Origin: a virus
Strand: one strand, 5' to 3'
UHGV virus genome: UHGV-1695118
DNA: 18,953 nt
Shown here: piece by piece, positions 7,166-14,930 of the stretch
Position numbering within the stretch: the stretch's first letter is position 1
How the letters are laid out: every line of letters begins with the position of its first letter
Notes under the pieces: model-generated
What the model was told of the DNA's origin: nothing
What the model saw: only the letters and a program-made list of their open reading frames with translations
Database searches by the model: none
Program-made: the position numbers and the translations under genes

Positions 7166-7399
7166 ATGGCTTTATTTAACCTGTCAGAGCCGCAATTTAA
7201 CGCCGTAAAGACTGCCGCCCGCGCCGCGCTTTCGGCCTGCAAAGCGGAAGTAGAAAAGAACGGATACAGCGATAAAGCTACACGGCTGATATTAGAGAAG
7301 CATTATCGCAAGGTCGCCCCACTAATCAGTATTGAGCGCTTTGTGTGGTTGGTGGGGTATTTAAACAACCGTTGGGGAACGGAACAGGATTATTTCTAA
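7166..7399 (+). CDS. Hypothetical protein (77 aa)
   Basis: ATG 7166, one nt after the upstream stop, within ORF-track frame 7109..7399. Confidence 0.5.
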   Translation: MALFNLSEPQFNAVKTAARAALSACKAEVEKNGYSDKATRLILEKHYRKVAPLISIERFVWLVGYLNNRWGTEQDYF

Positions 7400-7408
7400 G
7401 GGGGCGTA

Positions 7409-7948
7409 ATGAAAAATGATTACGGCGGCAGCCATACGCCGAAAGAAATAAAAGACTTATGGCAAACGCCAAAACCTGTTTTTAGAGGAATGGATCGTGA
7501 ATTCGAATTCGTCGCGGATGTGGCGGCAAACAAGGCAAACGCATTAATCCCGCGATATATAACCGAAGAAATGGACACGCTCCATTATCCGTGGGGAGCG
7601 GTGGCGATGCCTGGCGAGTATGTCTGGATGAATCCGCCATATTCTAATCCGGGACCATTCGTTGATAAGGCGGCGCTTGAACATCAACGAAATCACATTG
7701 GCTGTGTAATGCTATTGCCCGCTGACATTTCTGTTAGCTGGTTTATGAACGGCGTGGAGACGGCAAACGAATGCCGATTAATCACGCGCGGGCGTCTGGC
7801 GTTTATCAATGCCGCTACTGGTAAGCCAGCAAGCGGAAACAATAAGGGTAGCTTGTTTTTGATCTGGCATCCACGGTGCAGACATAAATGTATTTTCACG
7901 CAGATAACACGTAAAGAGCTATATGCAAGAGGTGCAGAAAATGAGTAA
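7409..7948 (+). CDS. dam: Phage-type DNA N6-adenine methyltransferase (Dam-like)
   Basis: 179 aa. Catalytic motif NPPY in WMNPPYSNPGPF, with a downstream LLPADISVSWF segment typical of the small phage Dam family. AAGGGGG upstream of the ATG. Confidence 0.8.
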   Translation: MKNDYGGSHTPKEIKDLWQTPKPVFRGMDREFEFVADVAANKANALIPRYITEEMDTLHYPWGAVAMPGEYVWMNPPYSNPGPFVDKAALEHQRNHIGCVMLLPADISVSWFMNGVETANECRLITRGRLAFINAATGKPASGNNKGSLFLIWHPRCRHKCIFTQITRKELYARGAENE

Positions 7949-8453
7949 AGCGGCTGAATTGCTAAGACTTGCGGCTGAAACTATTGAGGCAAGAGGGGAA
8001 CAAAACGGATACGATCGAAAAGAAGAAAAATCAGCGCCAAAAATAGCGGCTATTTTCAACGCTAAGAAGGGGACAAATTTAACCCCACTTGATGTATGGG
8101 ATCTAATGATTTGCCTCAAGGAAGCGCGTTTAGGGGCTATTCTCGCTAATGGAACTGATCCGCTCGACACTCTTATAGACCTTATTGCTTATAACGCGCT
8201 TAAGGCCGAACAGATATTAGCGGAACGGGAGGAAGAACAAAAGAAAAAACAGGGCGTTTTTGATCTCCCTATCGGTGGATTGAAGAAAACTTTTGCTGAT
8301 CTTGCTGGACCAGAGCCATCTATTGTACCTGGGACAATCCCACCTGTGATGTTTTACGGTGGTGAGATTACTAATCGGCTTGATGTGAAGTTTGACAACG
8401 AATCGCTATTACGCGCGGCGGGGTATCATAAAAATGGAAAGGGTGACAATTGA
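7941..8453 (+). CDS. Hypothetical protein (170 aa) inside the putative modification module
   Basis: ATG 7941 with AAGAGG 8 nt upstream, within ORF-track frame 7923..8453. Overlaps the dam stop by 8 nt and the next gene by 20 nt. Confidence 0.6.
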   Translation: MSKAAELLRLAAETIEARGEQNGYDRKEEKSAPKIAAIFNAKKGTNLTPLDVWDLMICLKEARLGAILANGTDPLDTLIDLIAYNALKAEQILAEREEEQKKKQGVFDLPIGGLKKTFADLAGPEPSIVPGTIPPVMFYGGEITNRLDVKFDNESLLRAAGYHKNGKGDN

Positions 8454-8937
8454 CAGGTTATTAGCCTGCGTTTATGTCGCCGTTTTTGTGATCATCAATC
8501 TTATTGTTAATCATTGCGGCCCGTGGGTAATTCCGATCACCACGGTAGCCGCCGTGTGTGTCAATATGATGATCCGTGACCTCCTGTTATATGACGGCGG
8601 CCTGAAATGGTCGGCTACAACATGCGCCGCCGCTGGCGCAATCACGGTGCTGATAAATTACGACGCCGGAATGGTGGCGATCGCGTCATTCGTTGCGGTT
8701 GTTTCCGGTGCACTTATTTCTGGCGGCGTTTACCGGGTTTTGCCTGGTGGCTTTGATTCTAAACGTTGGCCTGCAAATATAGCGTCCGCCATTGGTGATG
8801 CGTTAATTTTTCCTACGCTATCGTTTATGGCGTTTATGCCGGAAATATCAGCTATGCAATTCATCTCAAAAATGGCAGCGGTAACGGTGATCACCATCAT
8901 TATGCGCCGCTATTTCACGTTTGAGGGTAGAAAATGA
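8434..8937 (+). CDS. Multi-pass membrane protein, possibly VUT/YhhQ-family (queuosine-precursor transporter-like)
   Basis: 167 aa from ATG 8434 within ORF-track frame 8392..8937. About 4-5 hydrophobic helices. Segment KRWPANIASAIGDALIFPTLSF resembles the remembered YhhQ segment RRWWLAPTASTLFGNVSDTLAFF. The family call is tentative. Confidence 0.35.
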   Translation: MERVTIDRLLACVYVAVFVIINLIVNHCGPWVIPITTVAAVCVNMMIRDLLLYDGGLKWSATTCAAAGAITVLINYDAGMVAIASFVAVVSGALISGGVYRVLPGGFDSKRWPANIASAIGDALIFPTLSFMAFMPEISAMQFISKMAAVTVITIIMRRYFTFEGRK

Positions 8938-9692
8938 GCAGGGCTAAACATTGGTTAAATAATTGGCTTAGAAGTTGGGTGGTGTGGTCGCTGTACGACG
9001 GCAGCGGGTACGCCGTTAAAGATTGGGCGGAAGCTGGATATAAGTGCTATTGCTTCAACTATGACGGCGCAAATCACGGAGATTATGAAGGCGTTAAAAT
9101 CATTCATCCAAATATTGAATACGTTAACGTCTGGATTGATAGCCATTTCCTGGTAATGTTCTCCCCTGAATTGTCTGTTTATCCAGAGCCTGACATTATC
9201 CTGGGCTTTCCTCCATGCGACGATCTCGCTGTGTCAGGCGCTCGCTGGTTCGTTGATAAATACAGGAAAGATCCTTGTTTTCAGAATAGGGCGGCAAGAA
9301 ACGCAATGTTGGTTGAATCTCTGGCTAACATGTATAACGTGCCGTGGATGGTGGAGAATCCTGTTGGTGTGCTGTCAACGCTATGGCGTAAACCGGATTT
9401 TATCTTCAATCCTTGCGCTTACGGTGGCTACCTGCCGGAAGATGACAAGCATCCTGCTTTCCCTGATGTTTACCCACCGCGCGACGCGTACACGAAGAAA
9501 ACTTGCATATGGTGCGGCAACGGATTCAGGCAGCCGCTTTTTAGACCTGTAGATCTTAACTCTGGTGATAACCCTGGGTGGGCGAAAACCGGAGGCAGGA
9601 CGAAACGAACAAAGATGATCCGCTCACTAACACCGCGTGGCTTTGCCCGTGCTGTATTCCTGGCTAACCATGACCGCGTTTTATCGGACTGA
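8934..9692 (+). CDS. Compact C5-cytosine methyltransferase-like protein
   Basis: 252 aa. ATG overlaps the upstream stop (ATGA). C5-MTase motifs occur in canonical order and spacing: motif I LYDGSG (about aa 20), motif IV GFPPCDDLAVSG with the Pro-Cys catalytic dyad (about aa 92), motif VI MVENPVG (about aa 130). Also carries CIWCGNGF. Short for this family. Confidence 0.5.
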   Translation: MSRAKHWLNNWLRSWVVWSLYDGSGYAVKDWAEAGYKCYCFNYDGANHGDYEGVKIIHPNIEYVNVWIDSHFLVMFSPELSVYPEPDIILGFPPCDDLAVSGARWFVDKYRKDPCFQNRAARNAMLVESLANMYNVPWMVENPVGVLSTLWRKPDFIFNPCAYGGYLPEDDKHPAFPDVYPPRDAYTKKTCIWCGNGFRQPLFRPVDLNSGDNPGWAKTGGRTKRTKMIRSLTPRGFARAVFLANHDRVLSD

Positions 9693-9713
9693 AGTTTACA
9701 AAATGGCGTCATT

Positions 9714-9733
9714 GCGTGATATGGATCACATAA
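9714..9733. promoter_or_regulatory. Palindromic element GCGTGAT-ATGG-ATCACATAA (copy 2)
   Basis: Shares GCGTGAT and ATCACATAA with the element at 6134-6153. Lies in the intergenic region upstream of the nin genes. A weak candidate promoter lies just downstream (-35 TTGTTC 9748-9753, -10 TATACT 9770-9775). Confidence 0.5.
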
Positions 9734-9851
9734 TGGCGCTTTTCGCCTTGTTCTGGTGTATCCATTTTGTATACTTCAAGCAAACAAAATGCTCTTTAAA
9801 AATCCGGCAGCGCTGAAATGCGTAGAAATCACCTGAAAAGGAGAGAGCATT

Positions 9852-10028
9852 ATGTCTTTTGATGATTACCAATGGCATGACGACTATGAACGAGAAAGCG
9901 TTATGCGTGCAATGTGCAATGTATGCAGCACGAAGAAAGGAGGCTGTAACGAGTGCAACGAATGCTTAGAACATTGGCTAAGGGCCGGACACGCCGAAAG
10001 GCTGAACGAAACAGAGAATCAAAAATAA
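9852..10028 (+). CDS. ninF: NinF-like small Cys-rich protein (58 aa)
   Basis: ATG 9852 with AAGGAGAG upstream. Sequence MSFDDYQWHDDYERESVMRAMCNVCSTKKGGCNECNECLEHWLRAGHAERLNETENQK. Positioned immediately upstream of ninG. Below the ORF-track cutoff; the NinF assignment is by position and size. Confidence 0.45.
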   Translation: MSFDDYQWHDDYERESVMRAMCNVCSTKKGGCNECNECLEHWLRAGHAERLNETENQK

Positions 10029-10042
10029 TCGGGGTGGTTTTT

Positions 10043-10648
10043 ATGCAAAACCCTAAAAAACCCATAAGACGCCGTTGCAAATGCTGCGGCGTTTTTTTTG
10101 AGCCTAAATATCACAATCAAACGTGGTGCAGCGATGAATGTCTGGAAGAACTGAAGTTTGACCAGCTATGCCGCGACCGTGAGAAGGCTATGAAGGCTAT
10201 GGAGCGGAAGAAACGCCGTGATAGCCAGAGGGAAGAACGCAACCGGAAGCGTAAACAGTTAAATCCGCGTAGTTATTGGATCAAACAAGTTCAAAATGTA
10301 TTTAACGCCTATATTCGCGAACGTGACGCGCGCTTGCCGTGTATATCTTGCGGGACTTACTACGGTGAGCAATGCGGGTGGGATGCAGGTCATTACAGGA
10401 CGGTAGCCGCCGCCGGACACCTTCGCTTCAACGAGGATAATTGCCATAAGCAATGTAGGCACTGCAACCAGACACTAGACGGCAACATCGGAGGGTATCG
10501 CCCGGCGCTGATTCGAAAAATTGGCCTCGCCAGGGTGGTAGCTCTGGAGAACAACAACGATACGCATAAATGGACGATTGCAGAATGTAAGGAGCTAATA
10601 AACATCTATCAGGCGAAATTGGACGCCTTAAGGAGAAAGGCAGCATGA
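10043..10648 (+). CDS. ninG: NinG / Rap-family recombination protein
   Basis: 201 aa from the internal ATG of ORF-track frame 9953..10648. Cys-rich N-terminus (RRCKCCGVFFEP...WCSDEC) and core (PRSYWIKQ...NAYIRERDARLPCISCG...WDAGHYRT...LRFNEDNCHKQC...) match remembered lambda NinG. Confidence 0.85.
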   Translation: MQNPKKPIRRRCKCCGVFFEPKYHNQTWCSDECLEELKFDQLCRDREKAMKAMERKKRRDSQREERNRKRKQLNPRSYWIKQVQNVFNAYIRERDARLPCISCGTYYGEQCGWDAGHYRTVAAAGHLRFNEDNCHKQCRHCNQTLDGNIGGYRPALIRKIGLARVVALENNNDTHKWTIAECKELINIYQAKLDALRRKAA

Positions 10649-11052
10649 ATGAATATTCTTTTAGCCTGCCTTACCCGCCATCGAATAATCGCTATTACCG
10701 ACATTCGCGCGGTTTTCACTATATCAGCAAAGTGGGGAAGGAATACAGGGAACAAGTAAGAGACATCATCGAGCTATTAAATTTAAATATTAACCTACCT
10801 TGCCGACTGGCAATTGCCATTTACGCCGCGCCGCCGGATAACCGGATCAGAGATCTGGATAATATCCCTAAATGCCTTTTTGACAGCCTTACTTATGCCG
10901 GATTCTGGAGGGATGACGGGCAAATTGACTCAATAAAAATTGTCCGCTGCCGGAAGGTAAAAGGCGGACGCTTGTTTATTAAGATCCGCGAACGCGGCGA
11001 CCTACTACCGGATATTGACGAATACGCGACTAATATGTGGGGTGAGCAATGA
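10645..11052 (+). CDS. rusA: RusA-family Holliday-junction resolvase
   Basis: 135 aa. N-terminus YSFSLPYPPSNNRYYRH, plus DNRIRDLDN and AGFWRDD segments, match the RusA family. ATG overlaps the ninG stop. Confidence 0.88.
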   Translation: MNEYSFSLPYPPSNNRYYRHSRGFHYISKVGKEYREQVRDIIELLNLNINLPCRLAIAIYAAPPDNRIRDLDNIPKCLFDSLTYAGFWRDDGQIDSIKIVRCRKVKGGRLFIKIRERGDLLPDIDEYATNMWGEQ

Positions 11053-11231
11053 AAAACGAAGTTAAAGATCTGCAAATAGATATTCAGCGCGACGAGCGTG
11101 ATTTAGAGACGGTCCGACAAATCCAGGCTTTCCACATGCGCGAATTACTTGCGCTGAAAGAGTTCGAAAGAAAGCTGGTGCAATCCATTTCTGATCGTAA
11201 ACGGCTGGCGGCGCGTTATGAGGGCAAATAA
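11049..11231 (+). CDS. Small charged coiled-coil protein (60 aa)
   Basis: ORF-track ORF translationally coupled on both sides (ATGA with rusA, TAATG with Q). Confidence 0.5.
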   Translation: MKNEVKDLQIDIQRDERDLETVRQIQAFHMRELLALKEFERKLVQSISDRKRLAARYEGK

Positions 11232-11959
11232 TGAATTTAGAATCCATTCTAAAATTCCACTTTCCTAAATCACCGCGATTATCTGACGAAAGCCGGGGCA
11301 CGTCCCCGGACGCTCTTAATACGACGGATGCGCTAACCGCTGCGGGTATGGCGCAATCGCGCGTAGAGCTTGGATATAGCGCTTTTTTAGGGAAGATGGA
11401 ACTATCACAAGCCGAAAAACATAGGGCCGTAGTTTTGCTTACAGAGCGTTTAAGGGCTATGGCGAAAGATTACGAATACGTGATGGAGTTAAACGAGGAT
11501 CAGCGCAATGGACTTATTATTCTTGTTGCCGTTTTCGCGTTTCGGGATTATTGCCAGAGTGCGGCGACCGAAAAAGTTTGCCCTAAGTGCGGCGGCCACG
11601 GGCATTTACCAAATCCATATTGCAAATACACATCGACAATTTGTTCGCGGTGCAACGGCAAAGGCTACGTTAAAAACCATTGCCAACGTTGCAAGGGGCG
11701 CGGAGAAGTACCGGATAAAGCAGCCAGTGAAGCGGCGGAAATGCCAGTATTCAAAACGTGCCAGCATTGCGGCGGGCGCGGGTACTCGCGTTTCCCGGTA
11801 GATCTCGTCCGGCAGGCCGTTAACCAGCTTGTTTTCCCGGTAAGCAGATCAACATGGTGGAAGAAATACCGGGTTTTCTATGAAGACGCCATAGCGGAGC
11901 TATTCAAAGAAGAGGCCCGCGCGGAAAGCGAAATTAAACGAGTGACACGGGGTGAATAA
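11231..11959 (+). CDS. Q: Late-gene antitermination protein Q (lambda Q type)
   Basis: 242 aa. N-terminus MNLESILKFHFPKSPRLSDESRGTSPDALNTTDALTAAGMAQSR parallels the remembered lambda Q start. Four CxxCxGxG zinc-finger motifs. Confidence 0.88.
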   Translation: MNLESILKFHFPKSPRLSDESRGTSPDALNTTDALTAAGMAQSRVELGYSAFLGKMELSQAEKHRAVVLLTERLRAMAKDYEYVMELNEDQRNGLIILVAVFAFRDYCQSAATEKVCPKCGGHGHLPNPYCKYTSTICSRCNGKGYVKNHCQRCKGRGEVPDKAASEAAEMPVFKTCQHCGGRGYSRFPVDLVRQAVNQLVFPVSRSTWWKKYRVFYEDAIAELFKEEARAESEIKRVTRGE

Positions 11960-12063
11960 TGGACAAGTTAGAAATAAACGATCAGTTTGCCGTTATCTTA
12001 TTCGAAGATAAAACAGGCGGCGCATGTTGTAAAAAAAAGTCACTGGTGCTGAAGCGCGCTTAA
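11959..12063 (+). CDS. Possible 34-aa ORF coupled to Q (TAATG)
   Basis: ATG overlaps the Q stop. Sequence MDKLEINDQFAVILFEDKTGGACCKKKSLVLKRA. No independent support. Confidence 0.2.
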   Translation: MDKLEINDQFAVILFEDKTGGACCKKKSLVLKRA

Positions 12064-12147
12064 TATTGGGTATGGCAAGCGCGTTAAATGATGGCGAATT
12101 GCCCGCCATCCCTGTTAAGCCAGTGCATATCTATAAAAGGGGCGACA

Positions 12148-12495
12148 ATGAAAATGATTAATATCGGTTGGTTATATTGCGAAAACTGCGACGACGACGG
12201 CATGGTTGTTAAGACTGAAAAAGGCTGCGGCCTCTTTCTGTATCAAGGCGATAAGTTTGTTTGTCCGCGATGCGGTGGTAGTGGTGAGATAGAAATTATT
12301 GAAGATAACGCCGTAGCGCAAGAACCAGAGCGCATTGTCCTTGATGAAAAAATAAAAATTCATCCTGATTTATTACAGCAAATTATCGATCACGTATCGG
12401 CAGCCGCAATCTACGGCGATAACAATTATCAGCGTGAAATGAACGTCAAACGTGCGATTGAGCAGTATTTCGAAGGTGACGACAATGAAGCCTAA
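12148..12495 (+). CDS. Zinc-ribbon protein (115 aa, two CxxC pairs)
   Basis: ATG 12148 with AAGGGG upstream, within ORF-track frame 12088..12495. Motifs YCENCDDDG and CPRCGGSG. Confidence 0.6.
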   Translation: MKMINIGWLYCENCDDDGMVVKTEKGCGLFLYQGDKFVCPRCGGSGEIEIIEDNAVAQEPERIVLDEKIKIHPDLLQQIIDHVSAAAIYGDNNYQREMNVKRAIEQYFEGDDNEA

Positions 12496-12754
12496 ATTAA
12501 AAGAGCATGAATTTAGGGATCTCATAAACGGAATAACCGATAAAGCTAGGATGTACTCAAATGCGCAACAGTTAAGGGCGGTTATAGTTACGGAATTAAT
12601 GAAATACATTGAGCCATGCGGACCAGGCGACGAAATGACTATGGATAAGGCCATCAAGCGCCGTTCGGCTGATTGGTCGGTTAGTAACACTGGATTAACC
12701 GGATACATTGAAGGCTATAACGACTGTTTACAGGATCATGGCAATGAAAAGTAA
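12485..12754 (+). CDS. Hypothetical protein (89 aa)
   Basis: ATG 12485 with AAGGTG upstream, within ORF-track frame 12452..12754. Confidence 0.55.
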   Translation: MKPKLKEHEFRDLINGITDKARMYSNAQQLRAVIVTELMKYIEPCGPGDEMTMDKAIKRRSADWSVSNTGLTGYIEGYNDCLQDHGNEK

Positions 12755-12959
12755 CCGCAAGCGCCTTGTAAGGGCATACGATAAAGCATTAAAGGCTTTT
12801 GATGATCTGCGACACAATAAGCGCCAGCGCCGCAAATGGGCGCGTATGCTTGTTTATGAGTGGCATTATTCTGATGCTTTCATGGAAAGTGCGCCGCTAT
12901 TAACACAGGAACAAGCCGACGAAGTAGCTAACGATAACGTTTATTATATGATGTGGTGA
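12744..12959 (+). CDS. Hypothetical basic protein (71 aa)
   Basis: ATG 12744 with AGGA 8 nt upstream, within ORF-track frame 12708..12959. Confidence 0.5.
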   Translation: MKSNRKRLVRAYDKALKAFDDLRHNKRQRRKWARMLVYEWHYSDAFMESAPLLTQEQADEVANDNVYYMMW

Positions 12960-12963
12960 TAAT

Positions 12964-13329
12964 ATGCAAATAATCATTGATTACCTTTGCCACGCTGCAA
13001 ATACGCTTTTCGGTTTTTATCAGCAACCACTCCTGAAAGAATGGGACGAAATGCTTAATGACATCCTCGACAAAGGGTTAATAATGGAATTCGGGGAGCT
13101 AACAATCAAATTTAATTACGAAGGCAAAGAATATGACATATGGGTAGGCAACAGATGGTATGCATACGGGCATATTTATTCAATTGGCGGTAAATACATT
13201 AAACGAAGTCAGGAATTTAGACCGCGCTTCCGCACAATGCGACGACTGCATGACCTGCATATGAAGATATTTGGAGATCAGGAGGCACGGGAATTATTCA
13301 AAATTTACGGGGGTAAATCATGGAGCTAA
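12964..13329 (+). CDS. Hypothetical protein (121 aa)
   Basis: ORF-track ORF; GGTGA upstream. Confidence 0.6.
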   Translation: MQIIIDYLCHAANTLFGFYQQPLLKEWDEMLNDILDKGLIMEFGELTIKFNYEGKEYDIWVGNRWYAYGHIYSIGGKYIKRSQEFRPRFRTMRRLHDLHMKIFGDQEARELFKIYGGKSWS

Positions 13330-13550
13330 AAATCTGGCAGGCTATCGACGTAGTTGATAATGAATTAACAATGTTTGCCACTGACGGAAAGCGCGTGGTT
13401 ATCGCTACATGGACGCATAACCATGATGATATTGTTTTTCGTCGCAAGGCTGCGGAGTGGCTTTTCTCTGACAACGGCTACACGATGAATATCATGCAGC
13501 TTTCCAGAATGAAGGATGAAAAGCTGGTTGATAGTTACACAACTGCATAG
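13320..13550 (+). CDS. Hypothetical protein (76 aa)
   Basis: ORF-track ORF; GGGGG 6 nt upstream. Confidence 0.55.
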   Translation: MELKIWQAIDVVDNELTMFATDGKRVVIATWTHNHDDIVFRRKAAEWLFSDNGYTMNIMQLSRMKDEKLVDSYTTA

Positions 13551-13560
13551 TGGGGCAAAT

Positions 13561-13794
13561 ATGTGTATCTATGAACACAAGCGGGATAAAACCCGCTTTT
13601 TTGTTCGTGCTGGCGTGGCTTACCAGTATCACGACTGCGGATATATCGAGGCGCTTGCTTACGATCTGGATTTCGAACAAGAAAAAGAATGGTTTGATTT
13701 CAAGATTTACCGGAAGCGCAAGCCAACGCGTGACGAACGACACGCTATCCGGGACTTTTTAATCAGCATAGACCGCTGGGAGGCAGACGAATGA
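13561..13794 (+). CDS. Hypothetical protein (77 aa)
   Basis: ATG 13561 with GTGGGG upstream, within ORF-track frame 13516..13794. Confidence 0.5.
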   Translation: MCIYEHKRDKTRFFVRAGVAYQYHDCGYIEALAYDLDFEQEKEWFDFKIYRKRKPTRDERHAIRDFLISIDRWEADE

Positions 13795-14018
13795 AAGTTA
13801 AATTCTTGCACGATCACGGATACCCGTCATTGAAACAGGTTGTTGGTAAGGTCGTTAATGTCGTTCATAGCGATGATATTGCTTGCATGATTAATGGTGC
13901 TGATCTCATTGCTGCTGGTGCTGATGACCATTACATCAATCCGGCGTGGTCGTATACGTTCAGCCTGGGCGACTTCGTGGGCGATAAGGGGCGCGGGCTG
14001 CAAGTAGTCGAGGGTTAA
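13791..14018 (+). CDS. Hypothetical protein (75 aa), possible distant member of the tandem paralog family
   Basis: ORF-track ORF with ATGA coupling. Weak similarity to the downstream paralogs (ADDHYINPAWSY versus the shared YI-DD-G-W motif). Confidence 0.5.
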   Translation: MKVKFLHDHGYPSLKQVVGKVVNVVHSDDIACMINGADLIAAGADDHYINPAWSYTFSLGDFVGDKGRGLQVVEG

Positions 14019-14022
14019 TATT

Positions 14023-14271
14023 ATGGACGTTTACGAGGATGTTTACCTGGCACCTTCATCTTATAGCTTTTATTTTCTGATAAATGGAAAGGCTTATAGA
14101 TGCGATTCTGACGGGGTGAGAGAAGAAAAGCTGTTTTGCACTAAAGGATACCTGGATGATTTGGTTTTTGCCGGGATATTTCGTAAACGCCCGGCTAACC
14201 TGGAAGAAGAAATGTTGATTGAGGTAATTAAAAATGAAAATAAGGGTAAGTTATTTCCGGGCGAAAGATAA
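14023..14271 (+). CDS. Hypothetical protein (82 aa)
   Basis: ORF-track ORF; GAGGG upstream. Confidence 0.55.
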   Translation: MDVYEDVYLAPSSYSFYFLINGKAYRCDSDGVREEKLFCTKGYLDDLVFAGIFRKRPANLEEEMLIEVIKNENKGKLFPGER

Positions 14272-14485
14272 GGCAACAGGAAAGCAGATTGCGATCCTGG
14301 TTAACGAGGCGCAGTACATGTTTGTCCTTCAGCCGTGGTGTGTTGTAGATCTTAACGACAACTGTCGCCGCCACGCTGCGCGAAGTGCTGTTGGTATGAA
14401 AGGCTGGCAACCGCGCGACATGGAAAAATATTGTGAATGGAAATTGGTGGCAAAATACACGGTCGATTATAAAGGGGTTTTCTGA
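14234..14485 (+). CDS. Hypothetical protein (83 aa)
   Basis: ORF-track ORF overlapping the previous gene by 38 nt; GAGG 9 nt upstream. Confidence 0.5.
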   Translation: MKIRVSYFRAKDKATGKQIAILVNEAQYMFVLQPWCVVDLNDNCRRHAARSAVGMKGWQPRDMEKYCEWKLVAKYTVDYKGVF

Positions 14486-14709
14486 TGTTTGTAAAATGTA
14501 TAAAGTCTCGTTTCCCTAATCTTTTTGTGGTTGATGAGATTTACGACATAGAAACGCTAATAAGCAGAACTAACGATATTCAGTACATTTATGATGAAGA
14601 TGGCGATCCGTGGTTTTTTTATAACGATCTCAATGGTAGCGGATTCGTTGATGGCGTTGGCGGTAATGGTGTGCCAGTTGCGCTATTTATAAATGCAAAT
14701 AAGGAATGA
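14485..14709 (+). CDS. Tandem paralog family member A (74 aa)
   Basis: Sequence MFVKCIKSRFPNLFVVDEIYDIETLISRTNDIQYIYDEDGDPWFFY aligns with the three following ORFs. ATG overlaps the upstream stop. Confidence 0.6.
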   Translation: MFVKCIKSRFPNLFVVDEIYDIETLISRTNDIQYIYDEDGDPWFFYNDLNGSGFVDGVGGNGVPVALFINANKE

Positions 14710-14714
14710 ATATC

Positions 14715-14921
14715 ATGTATGTTAGATGCACTGAATCAAAATCATCATGCTTTGAGGTTGGCGGAATATATACCGTAGCTCACCTGACTGGTGATGAACT
14801 TAACACCCAATACATTAAAGACGACCACGGAGACGCGTGGCGCTATTGGGATTGTTACGCGCGTGGACACGTTGCCAGCCAGTTCAGTACGGAACCGATC
14901 GCGCGTTTTGTTAAGTGGTGA
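14715..14921 (+). CDS. Tandem paralog family member B (68 aa)
   Basis: Sequence MYVRCTESKSSCFEVGGIYTVAHLTGDELNTQYIKDDHGDAWRYW. ATG 14715 with AAGGA 9 nt upstream, within ORF-track frame 14706..14921. Confidence 0.6.
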   Translation: MYVRCTESKSSCFEVGGIYTVAHLTGDELNTQYIKDDHGDAWRYWDCYARGHVASQFSTEPIARFVKW

Positions 14922-14930
14922 GGTAGTGTT

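Noticed and set aside
9253-9552. Plus-strand alternative-frame ORF inside the C5-methyltransferase-like gene
   Set aside because: Nested out of frame in a gene with recognisable catalytic motifs; no start signal.
11508-11801. Plus-strand 97-aa ORF in an alternative frame inside Q
   Set aside because: Fully nested in the Q gene, basic composition, no SD. Treated as a frame artefact.
11960-12147. Expected PR'/qut promoter immediately downstream of Q
   Set aside because: Only weak -10-like hexamers (TAATAT, TATAAA) without an acceptable -35 were found, so no promoter is annotated here. Absence by eye is not proof of absence.
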